Shown: positions 1-9,786, counted from the stretch's first letter. The stretch is DNA of 64,000 nt from Candidatus Auribacter fodinae (GCA_003599815.1 QZJZ01000073.1:14556-78555), one strand, 5' to 3'. Notes: a model not told the origin generated them from the sequence alone. Program-made: numbers and translations.

Positions 1-20
1 CCGCGGTGGAGGTGGTAAAT

Positions 21-1766
21 ATGGGGGCTTATACGATCTATCAGAATTTTGATTTTTCCGGCGGGCTGAACACGCGGGAAAAAGTGGCTGAGATATCGTC
101 TAATGAATGCACGGTATCTCAGAATTGGGTTTCTTCCGGCAAAGCCATTGAGGTTTTGCCCGGGTATGTAAAATTCAATGATGTACCTGTGGAAGAATGC
201 GCGTCACTCCCGGTTAAAACGATGTTCAGGTTTGTAAAACCTTCCGACCCGGGTATAAAGCGGTTTCTTATGCATTGCGGGACAGCGGTATGGGTTGCGG
301 ATGAAGTTTCAAAAGAGTGGATTAAACTCATACCCAGCCTGACACCTGATTCGCGGCTGAGCTGGACTGTATATGGCGACCAGTACTGCTACATAGTGAC
401 CGAATCGGATGGGTTGCGTAAATACAACGGTACCTCAGTGTATTTTATCGGTGACGCGCCGTCGGGTACGACAGTATCCGCACACTACAACAGGCTGATT
501 ATAGGCGGAGGTAAAAATCATCCGAACAGGCTGTTCTGGAGTGAAGCAGGGTTTGCGGATATCTGGGATACGGCAAACAATTATCAGGAAATCCCGACTG
601 TCAAAGGAGACGGTATAACCAGAACGGCCTTTTTCCTTGACGGTACATTGATATTCAAGCATCAGTCAATATGGCGCATTTCCGGGAATATGGATCCGTT
701 TCCGCTCTCCGTGGTGAGCGACTCAATAGGATGCACCGCTCTTGAATCTGTTGTGGTGTATGGAGATAAGGTATTCTTTTTTTCCAATACACGACATATC
801 TACTGTTACGACGGGCTGAACCTGATAAACCTTACAGAAGAGAAAATCGGAGCACTGCCTGTATCTCCCGCCAACGCAGGAAATGTCTGCGGTGCTGTGA
901 TAGACGGAAAACTGTGGGTAAGTTACTGTGACGCTGATTCAAATGACATTTACAACAATCGGGCGCTGATATGCGATATCAGTAGTACTGCCAACCCTAA
1001 ATGGTTCGGTCCGCATACCGGTTTCAGAATCGCGTCGTTTTGTTCGTTTGACGGGCACAATGATACCGGAGATATCTATTTCGGCGACGCGAATACAGCT
1101 ACGGTGTGGAGAAAAGGAACAAATTTTTATCACGGCGCCTCGCTATACGGGACAACTTTGTCTGCAGATGAAGACAGCATACAGGTAGTAAGCACGTTAC
1201 CCGTTGCTGAGAATACGCTTGCCGGATGCGCTATCCGTATTTCAGGGGGCAGTGGAGTAGGGCAGGAACGCATAGTCAGCGGTAATACTGAATTCAGTTT
1301 TGACGGTGATTTTTATTCAGGGACAATTCAGATTTACCGTACATGGGACACCATTCCATTCACAGACTCAATCTGGGAAATCGGCACGATTGACGCGCGG
1401 TACCGAACCGGGGTTCTTTCTATGGAAGCACCTGAACGCCAGAAGATATTTGACAAGGTATTTGTGCATACCGAATCGGAGGGCGATTACCCGCTTGTTG
1501 TGGAGATAATAAAGAACCACATGGACGGCGGTAACCAGTACATCTATTCCCTGCTCGGCGACACAGCGGTATGGGATACGGCAGTGTTTGATGAATCCGC
1601 GTTTGCCAGCCCGGATATGCTTGACGACTACATTGACCTTGACTGCGAGGAAGCCAAATACCTGAACATCGAGTTTTCCATCAACGGGCGCGACCAGCCA
1701 TCCATTCTCTATGGCTACATATTGTTTTTCACCTATGGCGATATGCTTAATTTCAACGGGTCATAA
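21..1766 (+). CDS. phage-like structural protein with beta-propeller-like repeats (function not assignable)
   Basis: ORF 6..1766. The ATG at 21 follows a GGAGGTGG RBS. Blade-like segments recur (YGDQYCYIV, NRLIIGGG, VVYGDKVFFF, VIDGKLWVSY). It is the first gene of the packed block. Confidence 0.4.
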   Translation: MGAYTIYQNFDFSGGLNTREKVAEISSNECTVSQNWVSSGKAIEVLPGYVKFNDVPVEECASLPVKTMFRFVKPSDPGIKRFLMHCGTAVWVADEVSKEWIKLIPSLTPDSRLSWTVYGDQYCYIVTESDGLRKYNGTSVYFIGDAPSGTTVSAHYNRLIIGGGKNHPNRLFWSEAGFADIWDTANNYQEIPTVKGDGITRTAFFLDGTLIFKHQSIWRISGNMDPFPLSVVSDSIGCTALESVVVYGDKVFFFSNTRHIYCYDGLNLINLTEEKIGALPVSPANAGNVCGAVIDGKLWVSYCDADSNDIYNNRALICDISSTANPKWFGPHTGFRIASFCSFDGHNDTGDIYFGDANTATVWRKGTNFYHGASLYGTTLSADEDSIQVVSTLPVAENTLAGCAIRISGGSGVGQERIVSGNTEFSFDGDFYSGTIQIYRTWDTIPFTDSIWEIGTIDARYRTGVLSMEAPERQKIFDKVFVHTESEGDYPLVVEIIKNHMDGGNQYIYSLLGDTAVWDTAVFDESAFASPDMLDDYIDLDCEEAKYLNIEFSINGRDQPSILYGYILFFTYGDMLNFNGS

Positions 1767-1787
1767 CAGTCTTAAGGAGTTTTCAGT

Positions 1788-2993
1788 ATGGGACTTGTAA
1801 CACGGCAGTATACCTATGTTCCCGGGCGTACGATTCGCTCGGATGAAGTGAACAAAAATGAGAATACTTTGTATGAGGAGATGAACGGCAATATTGAAGA
1901 TATCAACATGAAATCAGCCACGCTGACACAACGTGTATTCAGCGATGATGTGAACCCGCTCGTACGTGACGCGGAAAAATACGAGAGTTTTGTTTCGTCG
2001 GGGCTGGTTGTTGCGGATGCCAGTTCGGACGGCAGTGCCAAAGTGGTTATTTCGTCGGGTGTTGCCTACACGCGGTATAACGATAAGCTGTACCGAACGC
2101 TGACCAACACTGAAACATATACCGTATCTGCAGAAGCAAACGGCACCTATTACCTCTTTATTGATTATCAGGGCACTTTTTTCGATGAAACTGATCCTGA
2201 CCCGGGTGTCGGCAGGCAGGCGGTAGCGCAGTTGACGGTCAATGGATTTCCCGGTTCGCCTGTGGTGAGCGTATCGGATATGAGGCGTATGCAGTTATAC
2301 GATAAACCGTCTCATTACATAACAGGATGTATGTTGTCGTATGCCGGCGCGTATGCCATATCGGTAAGCGCAGGCGAGGTGGAAATCGGGAATGTTTTTC
2401 TGCAGTCTGCCGGAGGCAAGAGCGCGATTGATATCACTGACAGCAATAACTATTTCGAAGGGAATATCAGCCCGGTCAACAGCTGGTGCTATGTGTACGC
2501 GGTGAGGCTCGGCACATCGTTGTCATGGGATATACAACTCTCGGCTCAGCCGCCCCAGTACGCTGATACCTACGGCAATACCAGCGGAATAAAGCGGTAC
2601 CGGCAGGTAGACACCAATTATTACCGCTGTGTCGGTGCAGTATACCGTAAAAGCGATGGAACCCTTGCTCAGTTTTTCCAGAACGGGAATTATGTCCAGT
2701 ATGCTGAGTTTAGAAGCGTTACTGCCGGAAGCCCCACGAACGCCAATATACCAGCAACCGGTAAACTCGGTTATTTTCAGTTGTATGCCCAGACTCTTTC
2801 AGGAAGCGTTGCTGAAGTCTATATACGCCCTGCAGGATCAGGCGGGAACTATTTCACCAATCAGCCGAACATTACCAATGAGAAAAACTGGATGTATGTT
2901 ATATGCGCTACAAACGACAGCCAGCAGATCGATCTGACAGTGAATAATAACGGGAGCTGTTTAACGGTCGGGTACTGGATGAATATCCGCTAA
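1788..2993 (+). CDS. tail-fibre-like protein
   Basis: AAGGAG RBS. The N-terminus (YTYVPGRTIRSDEVNKNENTLYEEMNGNIEDINMKSATL) fits the F-x-G-x-I-x-A-x-x-N-x-N-x-x-L...NG-L-D-NI pattern common at the N-termini of phage tail fibres. Confidence 0.45.
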   Translation: MGLVTRQYTYVPGRTIRSDEVNKNENTLYEEMNGNIEDINMKSATLTQRVFSDDVNPLVRDAEKYESFVSSGLVVADASSDGSAKVVISSGVAYTRYNDKLYRTLTNTETYTVSAEANGTYYLFIDYQGTFFDETDPDPGVGRQAVAQLTVNGFPGSPVVSVSDMRRMQLYDKPSHYITGCMLSYAGAYAISVSAGEVEIGNVFLQSAGGKSAIDITDSNNYFEGNISPVNSWCYVYAVRLGTSLSWDIQLSAQPPQYADTYGNTSGIKRYRQVDTNYYRCVGAVYRKSDGTLAQFFQNGNYVQYAEFRSVTAGSPTNANIPATGKLGYFQLYAQTLSGSVAEVYIRPAGSGGNYFTNQPNITNEKNWMYVICATNDSQQIDLTVNNNGSCLTVGYWMNIR

Positions 2994-3011
2994 AAAAGGA
3001 GCGTGTGAACC

Positions 3012-3248
3012 ATGTTGCACAGGTACTCTGTCAGCGCGGATAAAAATCCCAGCCGTAATTTCGATTCGATATTCAATCATGTTAACCGGTATTACCTTGG
3101 CAGTCTAACGGATACGGAAATCAGCAGGATCAATACCAGCGATCTGCCTTTCGGAGCTATGGTATATAACCGTACTGCGCATACCCTCGCTGTCCTGACC
3201 GATGCGGACGGCGATAAAGTTTTCAGGCCATTACTATTTCAAATATAA
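3012..3248 (+). CDS. small hypothetical protein (phage-like block)
   Basis: 78-aa ORF with an AAAGGAG RBS, 18 nt after the preceding gene. Confidence 0.5.
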   Translation: MLHRYSVSADKNPSRNFDSIFNHVNRYYLGSLTDTEISRINTSDLPFGAMVYNRTAHTLAVLTDADGDKVFRPLLFQI

Positions 3249-3268
3249 CTACATAAGGAGGATTCTAT

Positions 3269-3871
3269 ATGGGAAGACGATTACCGGTTTTTCCCGCTTA
3301 TGTCGCTCCGAAAACGCCAAACCACATTCGTGACCTTGAATCCGGTGACGGCGGAGTTGTGGAGACAATCCGCAATTTTCTCAGCGGCGCTTATGATCCG
3401 ACAACCGGGATGTTAGCCGATTACCTTGCGGTAGGACAGCATCGGGTAGATAAGGCGACAAACCAGTTGCGCAACTCCATTCTTGCCGCTCAGGGCGCGC
3501 AGAGCGTATATGGCGGATCAGCTGGAAAACAACTTAATCAGGCGCTTATTGATAAGATCAAAGATGACCTTGATCGTGAACAGGTATTATTGATGGATAC
3601 TCTTGAGCGTATCATTAATAACCGAAAATTTGGCGTTGGGTCGGGTATTGACACGATTGACTCTGCCCGTGATTACGCCATCAAAGATGCGGCTATGCAG
3701 AATGCGTATAATGCCAATGCCTGGCAGGCGCAGGCACAGCAGGCGGTATACAGCCGCAACAGCGCCAACACTCTTCGCAATTTACTAAACCCTACTTCAC
3801 TTCGTGCCGCAGACATGATCGGCTCGTCCGCAGTCGGTTTATACAACTACTTTTTTCCACAATCCCTGTAA
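3269..3871 (+). CDS. hypothetical Gln/Ala/Asn-rich protein (phage internal-protein-like)
   Basis: TAAGGAGG RBS. Low-complexity segment AMQNAYNANAWQAQAQQAVYS. Ends with a TAA that is in frame with the next ORF. Confidence 0.5.
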   Translation: MGRRLPVFPAYVAPKTPNHIRDLESGDGGVVETIRNFLSGAYDPTTGMLADYLAVGQHRVDKATNQLRNSILAAQGAQSVYGGSAGKQLNQALIDKIKDDLDREQVLLMDTLERIINNRKFGVGSGIDTIDSARDYAIKDAAMQNAYNANAWQAQAQQAVYSRNSANTLRNLLNPTSLRAADMIGSSAVGLYNYFFPQSL

Positions 3872-4000
3872 CTTAACGAGGTTTACCATTTACTTGGCGC
3901 GGATGATAATCCGCCCCGGACGAACCGAAAATTCAATGCGCCTCCGCTGGAAGAAAACGATCAGGGCTATTTTAATGAAGCCCCTCTTCGCCGGTTCAGA

Positions 4001-4378
4001 ATGAATATTCCGTCTTCGCCCGGAACAAAACATGAAAACATATATCCACGATCGGTTCCTGATAATGATAATGGCGAATTGATTATTGATAAGGACTCAA
4101 TCGACAGGTTGCTGAACATGGATTCAAGCTCAATACGGCGTTTATCTCCGGCTAAAATACAGCGTCTTGTTCACCGGCTTGATTCGCTTCGCCCTCTTGC
4201 TCAGGATGGAATTATTTCCCTGCAGGGAGCAGTCCTCAAAGTTTCTTCACCGGAATACCCGTCAATAGCACGATCGGTACAAGGCATAAACCGGACATTG
4301 AGAACGATAGGACTGCCGAATGCGGCACACCTTTTACGCGCATTATTTGCCGGGCCGGAACAGGACGGTGACGTATGA
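4001..4378 (+). CDS. hypothetical protein (start uncertain; in frame with the upstream gene)
   Basis: 125-aa ORF with no obvious RBS. The 129 nt upstream are open in the same frame back to the TAA at 3869-3871. Confidence 0.4.
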   Translation: MNIPSSPGTKHENIYPRSVPDNDNGELIIDKDSIDRLLNMDSSSIRRLSPAKIQRLVHRLDSLRPLAQDGIISLQGAVLKVSSPEYPSIARSVQGINRTLRTIGLPNAAHLLRALFAGPEQDGDV

Positions 4379-4803
4379 GCGCTATTAAGAGGAAATTTTT
4401 CTATGAAATTTTTTTATGCGGAAGTGCGGGGTTTCTGCTGTTGACAGGCGGGTGCGCGAATGGGCGACTGCTGGGCGACCGCTGGTTTTCCGAACTTATC
4501 AGCCAACCGGAAATGCATAACACTCTTCAAAAAAATTTGGCATCAGTACAGAACATTTCCGGGTTATCCGGCAATGAACTTTTTGCGACACTGCTGGCAG
4601 TTGCTTTGCCTCTGCTGATTCTGGTTGTTATAGGCCAGGTATATCATCGCAGATCCGTACGGTCAACCGTATCGTTGCTGGTAGGTTTAATTGAGAGCTG
4701 TGAAACTGCAGTGGAAATCAAACGGTTATCCGCATTGTTTTCTCAAAGCAGCCCTGAATACAAACGCATAGTGAATGCGGAACTCAAAAAAATGAAATTG
4801 TAA
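4375..4803 (+). CDS. membrane protein or possible lipoprotein (phage-like block)
   Basis: ATGA overlap with the previous ORF. N-terminal hydrophobic stretch ending in GGC, and a second TM segment (LFATLLAVALPLLILVVIG). Confidence 0.5.
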   Translation: MSAIKRKFFYEIFLCGSAGFLLLTGGCANGRLLGDRWFSELISQPEMHNTLQKNLASVQNISGLSGNELFATLLAVALPLLILVVIGQVYHRRSVRSTVSLLVGLIESCETAVEIKRLSALFSQSSPEYKRIVNAELKKMKL

Positions 4804-4815
4804 AGGATAGACAGT

Positions 4816-5148
4816 ATGACACGTATAGCGACTTTTTCTCTTTTTGACAATAAAACAGTCCTTGCCGGGACATCGGTTATTTCCAATCCGGTATCGCTTG
4901 AACAGTGCTCGGGATTTTTGGCTTTGAATGGAACTGTGTCGGAAACCAGCCCTGATATAACGATAGAATACCTGACTGGTTTGGGATCTAATGTGGTGCT
5001 GAAGAGCGTAGTTGCCTCTGAACTGAGCGATACGGAATTCCACATGCAGTTTTATCCTGATCTGGGTGAACGGATACAGATTAAGGTTACAAATAACAGT
5101 GTGATGGACTGTGTAGTCAGCCTGTCATTGCTGTTTACTGAAAACTGA
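4816..5148 (+). CDS. hypothetical protein
   Basis: 110-aa ORF, 12 nt after the previous stop, with an AAAGGA RBS. Confidence 0.45.
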   Translation: MTRIATFSLFDNKTVLAGTSVISNPVSLEQCSGFLALNGTVSETSPDITIEYLTGLGSNVVLKSVVASELSDTEFHMQFYPDLGERIQIKVTNNSVMDCVVSLSLLFTEN

Positions 5149-5163
5149 TTATCGGGAGAATAC

Positions 5164-6213
5164 ATGATGCTTAACAAATTTTTAGTGACAATACTGGTGA
5201 TTATGGTTTTATTTACGGAGTATAACCCTGATGCCCATGGATGGTATACATCTTCGCGCCTCAAACATGGTGAGGCGGAAATACGGTATGACCATGCCTC
5301 GGACAGCTGGTACAGCTCGGTTCCGTTGTATTTTGGCGGTGATTCGGTTGGTATATCCGGTGACGGATCGTCGGATTTGACAATAGACGCTCTGGGGCTT
5401 AATATTGTCCTCAACAGCGATGTTATTTTTGAACACGCTTCGAACCGCTCTGTTATGGATGACATCTTACTTCTTAACATGGTGTTTGACAGGAACGCGA
5501 TAATCCTGAATTTTATAAATGACACGGGAGCTGATGCTGGGTATGGCTGTTTCAATTTTTCGGAATACGGGGCTGTTTCGTACGGTACATTTAAAGGGAT
5601 ACGTTATCTCGACATCAACAGGGACACGACGCAATACTTATATTTGCCGAATACCGGAACAGCCGGCGAAAATACCCGGTTCACAGGATCGTTTACCATC
5701 GGGGCTATGGTGCAGTTTGACGCAACGGCAGACAGCCACCTTATCTCAAAGGAAAACATAAATTACGCAGTGCCGTCGTTGTCCAAAGTCTCGTATTCGT
5801 TGTATATTGGTGCGTCATCTCAGATCCGGTTCAGGGTTCGTGACCAGCAACAGACGGAATTGACCAATTCGTTTATCTATGTTGGTATGGATACGGCTCC
5901 AAATATTGTGTCAAACAATGGGGCGTGGTATCATATTGTCGGCGTGTTTGATGAAACTGGGCTGGATAATGACGGAAAAGTTCATATTTATCTGAATGGT
6001 GAACCTGTTGATACGATTGTGCAGGGGAACGGCGATTTCCACGCGGTTCGGGATGTATCAGTAAACACTATGGTTGGGTGTACGCTGAACAGCGATGTCC
6101 CGACAGGTAAATCCGATTGCAGGATGACACACGTATTTTTTACGCCTGCGGCGCTGGACAGCCGCCAGATCAGGGAACATTACCGCTTTTTAAGACAGAG
6201 GATGGATTTATGA
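5164..6213 (+). CDS. LamG / concanavalin-A-like lectin domain protein with N-terminal membrane anchor
   Basis: N-terminal TM (LVTILVIMVLF). C-terminal LamG-type pattern: FTIGAMVQFDA..., YSLYIGASSQIRFRV, WYHIVGVFDE, KVHIYLNGEPVD. Confidence 0.55.
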   Translation: MMLNKFLVTILVIMVLFTEYNPDAHGWYTSSRLKHGEAEIRYDHASDSWYSSVPLYFGGDSVGISGDGSSDLTIDALGLNIVLNSDVIFEHASNRSVMDDILLLNMVFDRNAIILNFINDTGADAGYGCFNFSEYGAVSYGTFKGIRYLDINRDTTQYLYLPNTGTAGENTRFTGSFTIGAMVQFDATADSHLISKENINYAVPSLSKVSYSLYIGASSQIRFRVRDQQQTELTNSFIYVGMDTAPNIVSNNGAWYHIVGVFDETGLDNDGKVHIYLNGEPVDTIVQGNGDFHAVRDVSVNTMVGCTLNSDVPTGKSDCRMTHVFFTPAALDSRQIREHYRFLRQRMDL

Positions 6214-6890
6214 GACAATGGATTCCCATTACCGGATTGCTTGTCCTGATCAGTATTTGTTCTTATGCAGGGTCTTTTAACCGGGTGGAGTTATCAGGTG
6301 TGAAAACAGCTAAATCTGAGAAGAAACATTTTCTTTATACCGGGGACTCTATCGCGTATGGATGGGGAAATGTTACTCCTGCAGGCGAGTATTATGTGAA
6401 GGCGCATTTTACCAGTGATGAAGTCGAATGCACCAATACAGGAAAGTCAGGTGACCGCATGGCAGACCTTGCTGCGCGGTTTGATTTGGATGTCATTGCG
6501 CATAAGCCTGATGTGGTTTTCATAATGTGCGGCACGAACAATATTACGGATGGGAATACGTTTGTGTACGCTCAGCCGTCTTTGCAGGAAATTCTGATAA
6601 AGTGCCGTAATGCCGGTATTGTAATGGCTGTGGCGGAAGTATTGCCGCGTGACGGTGAACCTCAGACCCAATACGACTCTGCTATCGAAGGATGGAATGC
6701 CGCGCTGGAAGTCTGGTGCAATGCGAACAATGTTATTCTTCTGCGTTGCCATGATGCGCTGGTTCTGAGCTGCAGTTATCCTCGCCCTGACCCCGCGTGC
6801 TTTTTTGACGTACCTGCAAAACATCCTAATAATGTGGGCAATATCAGGGTTGCCCGTGCATTCTGGCAAAGTTATCAGATGCAAAAATAA
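6210..6890 (+). CDS. SGNH/GDSL-family hydrolase (esterase), secreted
   Basis: The ATG at 6210 overlaps the LamG stop (ATGA). Signal-like N-terminus. Block I is YTGDSIAYGWG and block III is MCGTNNITDG. Confidence 0.7.
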   Translation: MRQWIPITGLLVLISICSYAGSFNRVELSGVKTAKSEKKHFLYTGDSIAYGWGNVTPAGEYYVKAHFTSDEVECTNTGKSGDRMADLAARFDLDVIAHKPDVVFIMCGTNNITDGNTFVYAQPSLQEILIKCRNAGIVMAVAEVLPRDGEPQTQYDSAIEGWNAALEVWCNANNVILLRCHDALVLSCSYPRPDPACFFDVPAKHPNNVGNIRVARAFWQSYQMQK

Positions 6891-6893
6891 GTT

Positions 6894-8147
6894 TTAAAGG
6901 GGATAATGTTCCTTAACCCATTGCAAAGCGTCTTCTTTCGAGGAAAAGTCACCGTTAAGCTGTTTTATTTCCGCCTTGCTGAGAATCAGGCTGAACTGTT
7001 TTGACGGTTTTAATCCGAGAGACAGCAGGTCTGTGCCGGTCAGTACTGGTACAGGGTGTATCTCAGCATGAGATAAAGATGAAAATAATGAATGGTAATG
7101 GTTATACCCTTCGGTTGATTTTACAAACGCTTCATTGACGATCCTGTTAAACTCCAGTTCTTCAGAAATAGTAGTACTTTGCAGTAATTTGACCTGTTCT
7201 CCGCGGGATAATCGTCCGGGACGGCTGAACACATGGCTGTTTTCCATTATGGCTACAATACTTTTCCTGTCTCTGTTCGTGAATTTGAATTTTTTCAAAA
7301 AAGCTATTATATCATCTTTATCACCCGGAGTTAATGGCGCCGGAGCAGGGTTTAACCTCAAGAAACTGAAGCAGAACGATGCTATGCGCAGGTAATAGTC
7401 CTGTGACTGCGATGCGCGTATTAATCTCAACAGAGTTTCTACCCGTTCTTTGACAGTCAAATAATTTTCAATTTCCTGAATATCAACTATTGAGCCAAGC
7501 AGGACTTCCAGTAGTGACGTTTCATACAGGAGCTGAAATCCGTATGCGGCATCAGGTGACTCGCATAGGCGGATAAATTCGTCGCGTATGCGTTCTGTGC
7601 TGGTTAGGAGCAGTCTGTGCGCGAGCCGGACCAGCGCTGTGCGCGTTCCGGGCTCAATGGTGAACCTGAGATGCGAGGCGATCCGGACTGCTCTGATCAG
7701 CCTGAGGTAATCATCGCTGAAACGGGCGTCCGGGTTGCCGATAGCCCTGATTGTTTTATCCTCGATATCTGCTTTTGCGTTCACCCAGTCAAACAGCTCG
7801 CCTGTTGATGTGTCGTAAAACATCCCGTTTATGGTAAAGTCCCGTAACTCCGCATCTTCCTGTGGTGTTACTGCGTTTTGGCGGAATGAACTGACCTGAA
7901 AGGTGTACCCGTTTTTGATAACCAGCAGAACGCCAAACGCCGCGCCAACTTCAACAGTATTTTTGAACAGGGATTTAATATCCGCACTGGCGGCGCTTGT
8001 GGTTATATCATAATCCGACGGCTGTGTGCCCATAACCATGTCACGCACGCACCCGCCTGCCAGATAGGCTTTGAACCCTGCGTTTTGTAAAGTACTAATT
8101 ATGCTTGACGCGATCTGGTATTGTGGGTCATAATCAGGGAATTTCAT
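6894..8147 (-). CDS. cca: CCA-adding tRNA nucleotidyltransferase / poly(A) polymerase family
   Basis: N-terminal head-domain motifs AYLAGGCVRDMVMG, SDYDITT and RDFTINGMFYD. Confidence 0.8.
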   Translation of the reverse strand: MKFPDYDPQYQIASSIISTLQNAGFKAYLAGGCVRDMVMGTQPSDYDITTSAASADIKSLFKNTVEVGAAFGVLLVIKNGYTFQVSSFRQNAVTPQEDAELRDFTINGMFYDTSTGELFDWVNAKADIEDKTIRAIGNPDARFSDDYLRLIRAVRIASHLRFTIEPGTRTALVRLAHRLLLTSTERIRDEFIRLCESPDAAYGFQLLYETSLLEVLLGSIVDIQEIENYLTVKERVETLLRLIRASQSQDYYLRIASFCFSFLRLNPAPAPLTPGDKDDIIAFLKKFKFTNRDRKSIVAIMENSHVFSRPGRLSRGEQVKLLQSTTISEELEFNRIVNEAFVKSTEGYNHYHSLFSSLSHAEIHPVPVLTGTDLLSLGLKPSKQFSLILSKAEIKQLNGDFSSKEDALQWVKEHYPL

Positions 8148-8402
8148 AACAATCCTGTATGTTTATGTTGCGAATTGTGTTGTCGGGCGATCAGACTGAC
8201 AGCGCCGCACGTTGATAGCATAATGCAGAATTATTATTGCGGCAAAGTTAAAAATAATAATTGAACAAGAAAAAAATCTTGCTTATTATATAGGCTCTTT
8301 CATACAATACTACACGGAATGTACGCTTAAATATTATCGGACATAATGAAATATGTAAAAAGCGTATATAACTATTAAGTTTGCTACAAAGGTTATCTGG
8401 TA

Positions 8403-9230
8403 ATGCTTATAAAAGACAAATATCTGTCCTGCTCATTATTGTTGGTTATGTTGATAACGTCAATATTAATGGGATGCGGGCGAAAAGAAGAGAAACCCGG
8501 AACGCAGAAAACCACAAAAGACGTCGAATATTTTTCCGTTCAATTACAGGATGGCTCAACAATCCAGATTGATGCAAATGCTTTTGGACTAAAAGAGTTG
8601 CCGGCGGGCAGTGTTGTGGCATACGATCACGCATCCGATGAACGGCATCTGATTGATGACCGGGGTGAACCTTTGAAACAACCTGTGTACCGCCATCAGC
8701 TCCTGATGGAATCACAGGATTCCATAGACAACCTCATTACTTATTTTTTTCCAGTAACTCCGCATGTGGTTAATCGCCGTAAGAGAGGCGGTGTAGACAG
8801 CTATGTGCGTCTGGTATCGACAAAAGACGTTAAAAGTATCCGTGAACTGGACAAACCATATATTGTAATCGATATGCGCATGGTTTATCCTGAACAGGAA
8901 AGTGAACCTGAAAAAACGGAGCCTATGCCAGGCGCGGATGAGCAGGTTGGACAGGGAGTAACTGCGGAATCAGACCAGATCTCAGCGCTTAAAAGCCGGC
9001 TTGATATGTTGAACAAACAGTTGAGCATGGATACTATTTCCATCCCGGAACGGCGGCGGATTCGCGGCGAAGTGACTATGCTGCAAGAAGAACTGGTCAA
9101 TCTTGAAAAGCGTGTTAATGCGATTACCAAAATAGATAATAATGTTGCGGATACGGAAAAAAAGGGTGGTTCAACGAGCGTTCCTATTGTAAAAATCAAA
9201 ATTATATCGTATAATTTAAGAGAAGAATGA
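8403..9230 (+). CDS. lipoprotein with C-terminal coiled coil, unknown function
   Basis: Lipobox-like LITSILMGC. The C-terminal heptad-rich segment is ISALKSRLDMLNKQL...LQEELVNLEKRV. Confidence 0.5.
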   Translation: MLIKDKYLSCSLLLVMLITSILMGCGRKEEKPGTQKTTKDVEYFSVQLQDGSTIQIDANAFGLKELPAGSVVAYDHASDERHLIDDRGEPLKQPVYRHQLLMESQDSIDNLITYFFPVTPHVVNRRKRGGVDSYVRLVSTKDVKSIRELDKPYIVIDMRMVYPEQESEPEKTEPMPGADEQVGQGVTAESDQISALKSRLDMLNKQLSMDTISIPERRRIRGEVTMLQEELVNLEKRVNAITKIDNNVADTEKKGGSTSVPIVKIKIISYNLREE

Positions 9231-9272
9231 CAGGCTTCCACACATCATAACTGTAAAAGGAAAGGGACCGAC

Positions 9273-9716
9273 ATGGTAGGGCTGAACAAAGTTTTTTTGA
9301 TGGGTAACTTAACACGTGATCCCGAGCTGAGGTATACTCCTAGCGGTACAGCTGTTGCAACTATTGGACTGGCAGTTAATCGTGAATATAGAGATAAAAA
9401 CGGCGAAATTCAGAAAGAAGTCTGTTATATAGATGTTGATGTATGGGCACGACAGGCGGAATTATGTTCCGAACATCTCGGAAAAGGCTCGCCGGTTCAT
9501 GTTGAAGGTCGTTTACAATATGATACATGGGAGAATCCTGAAGGCGAACGTCGCAGTAAACATAAAGTGAGAGCTGACCGTGTGCAGTTTTTGGCTCGTA
9601 CATCCGCTGCTGGTGAAGTTCATCATGATTATGAAGATGAAAACGATTATGGTGATAACCATGCTGTGGGAGCGAGCGCCAAAAAATCATCGACTGTTGA
9701 TGATATACCTTTCTAA
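9273..9716 (+). CDS. ssb: single-stranded DNA-binding protein
   Basis: The OB-fold N-terminus (NKVFLMGNLTRDPELRYTPSGTAVATIGLAVNR) and the acidic C-terminal tip (DDIPF) are both diagnostic. Confidence 0.95.
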   Translation: MVGLNKVFLMGNLTRDPELRYTPSGTAVATIGLAVNREYRDKNGEIQKEVCYIDVDVWARQAELCSEHLGKGSPVHVEGRLQYDTWENPEGERRSKHKVRADRVQFLARTSAAGEVHHDYEDENDYGDNHAVGASAKKSSTVDDIPF

Positions 9717-9750
9717 GTAAATCGGTTTTTCCTTTTTTCTTACATATTTC

Positions 9751-9786
9751 AGGAGGGCATGCATAACATGCTCTCCTGTTTTTTTT
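9751..9786 (+). terminator. rho-independent terminator after ssb
   Basis: AGGAGGGCATG / CATGCTCTCCT stem (one G-U pair) with a 5-nt loop, followed by GTTTTTTTT. Confidence 0.7.

Larger units (their letters stand above)
1..6890 (+). mobile_element. phage-derived or prophage-like structural gene block (right end here; left end outside window)
   Basis: Nine same-strand ORFs with strong RBS and mostly 0-21 nt gaps or ATGA overlaps. One has a tail-fibre-type N-terminus and a LamG + SGNH pair closes the block. It ends 3 nt before the convergent cca. No integrase, att site or tRNA is visible. Confidence 0.35.

Noticed and set aside
6117-6209. N-terminal extension of the SGNH hydrolase ORF (start at 6117)
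   Set aside because: The extension lies entirely inside the LamG gene in another frame. The ATG at 6210 gives a signal peptide and an ATGA-coupled start.
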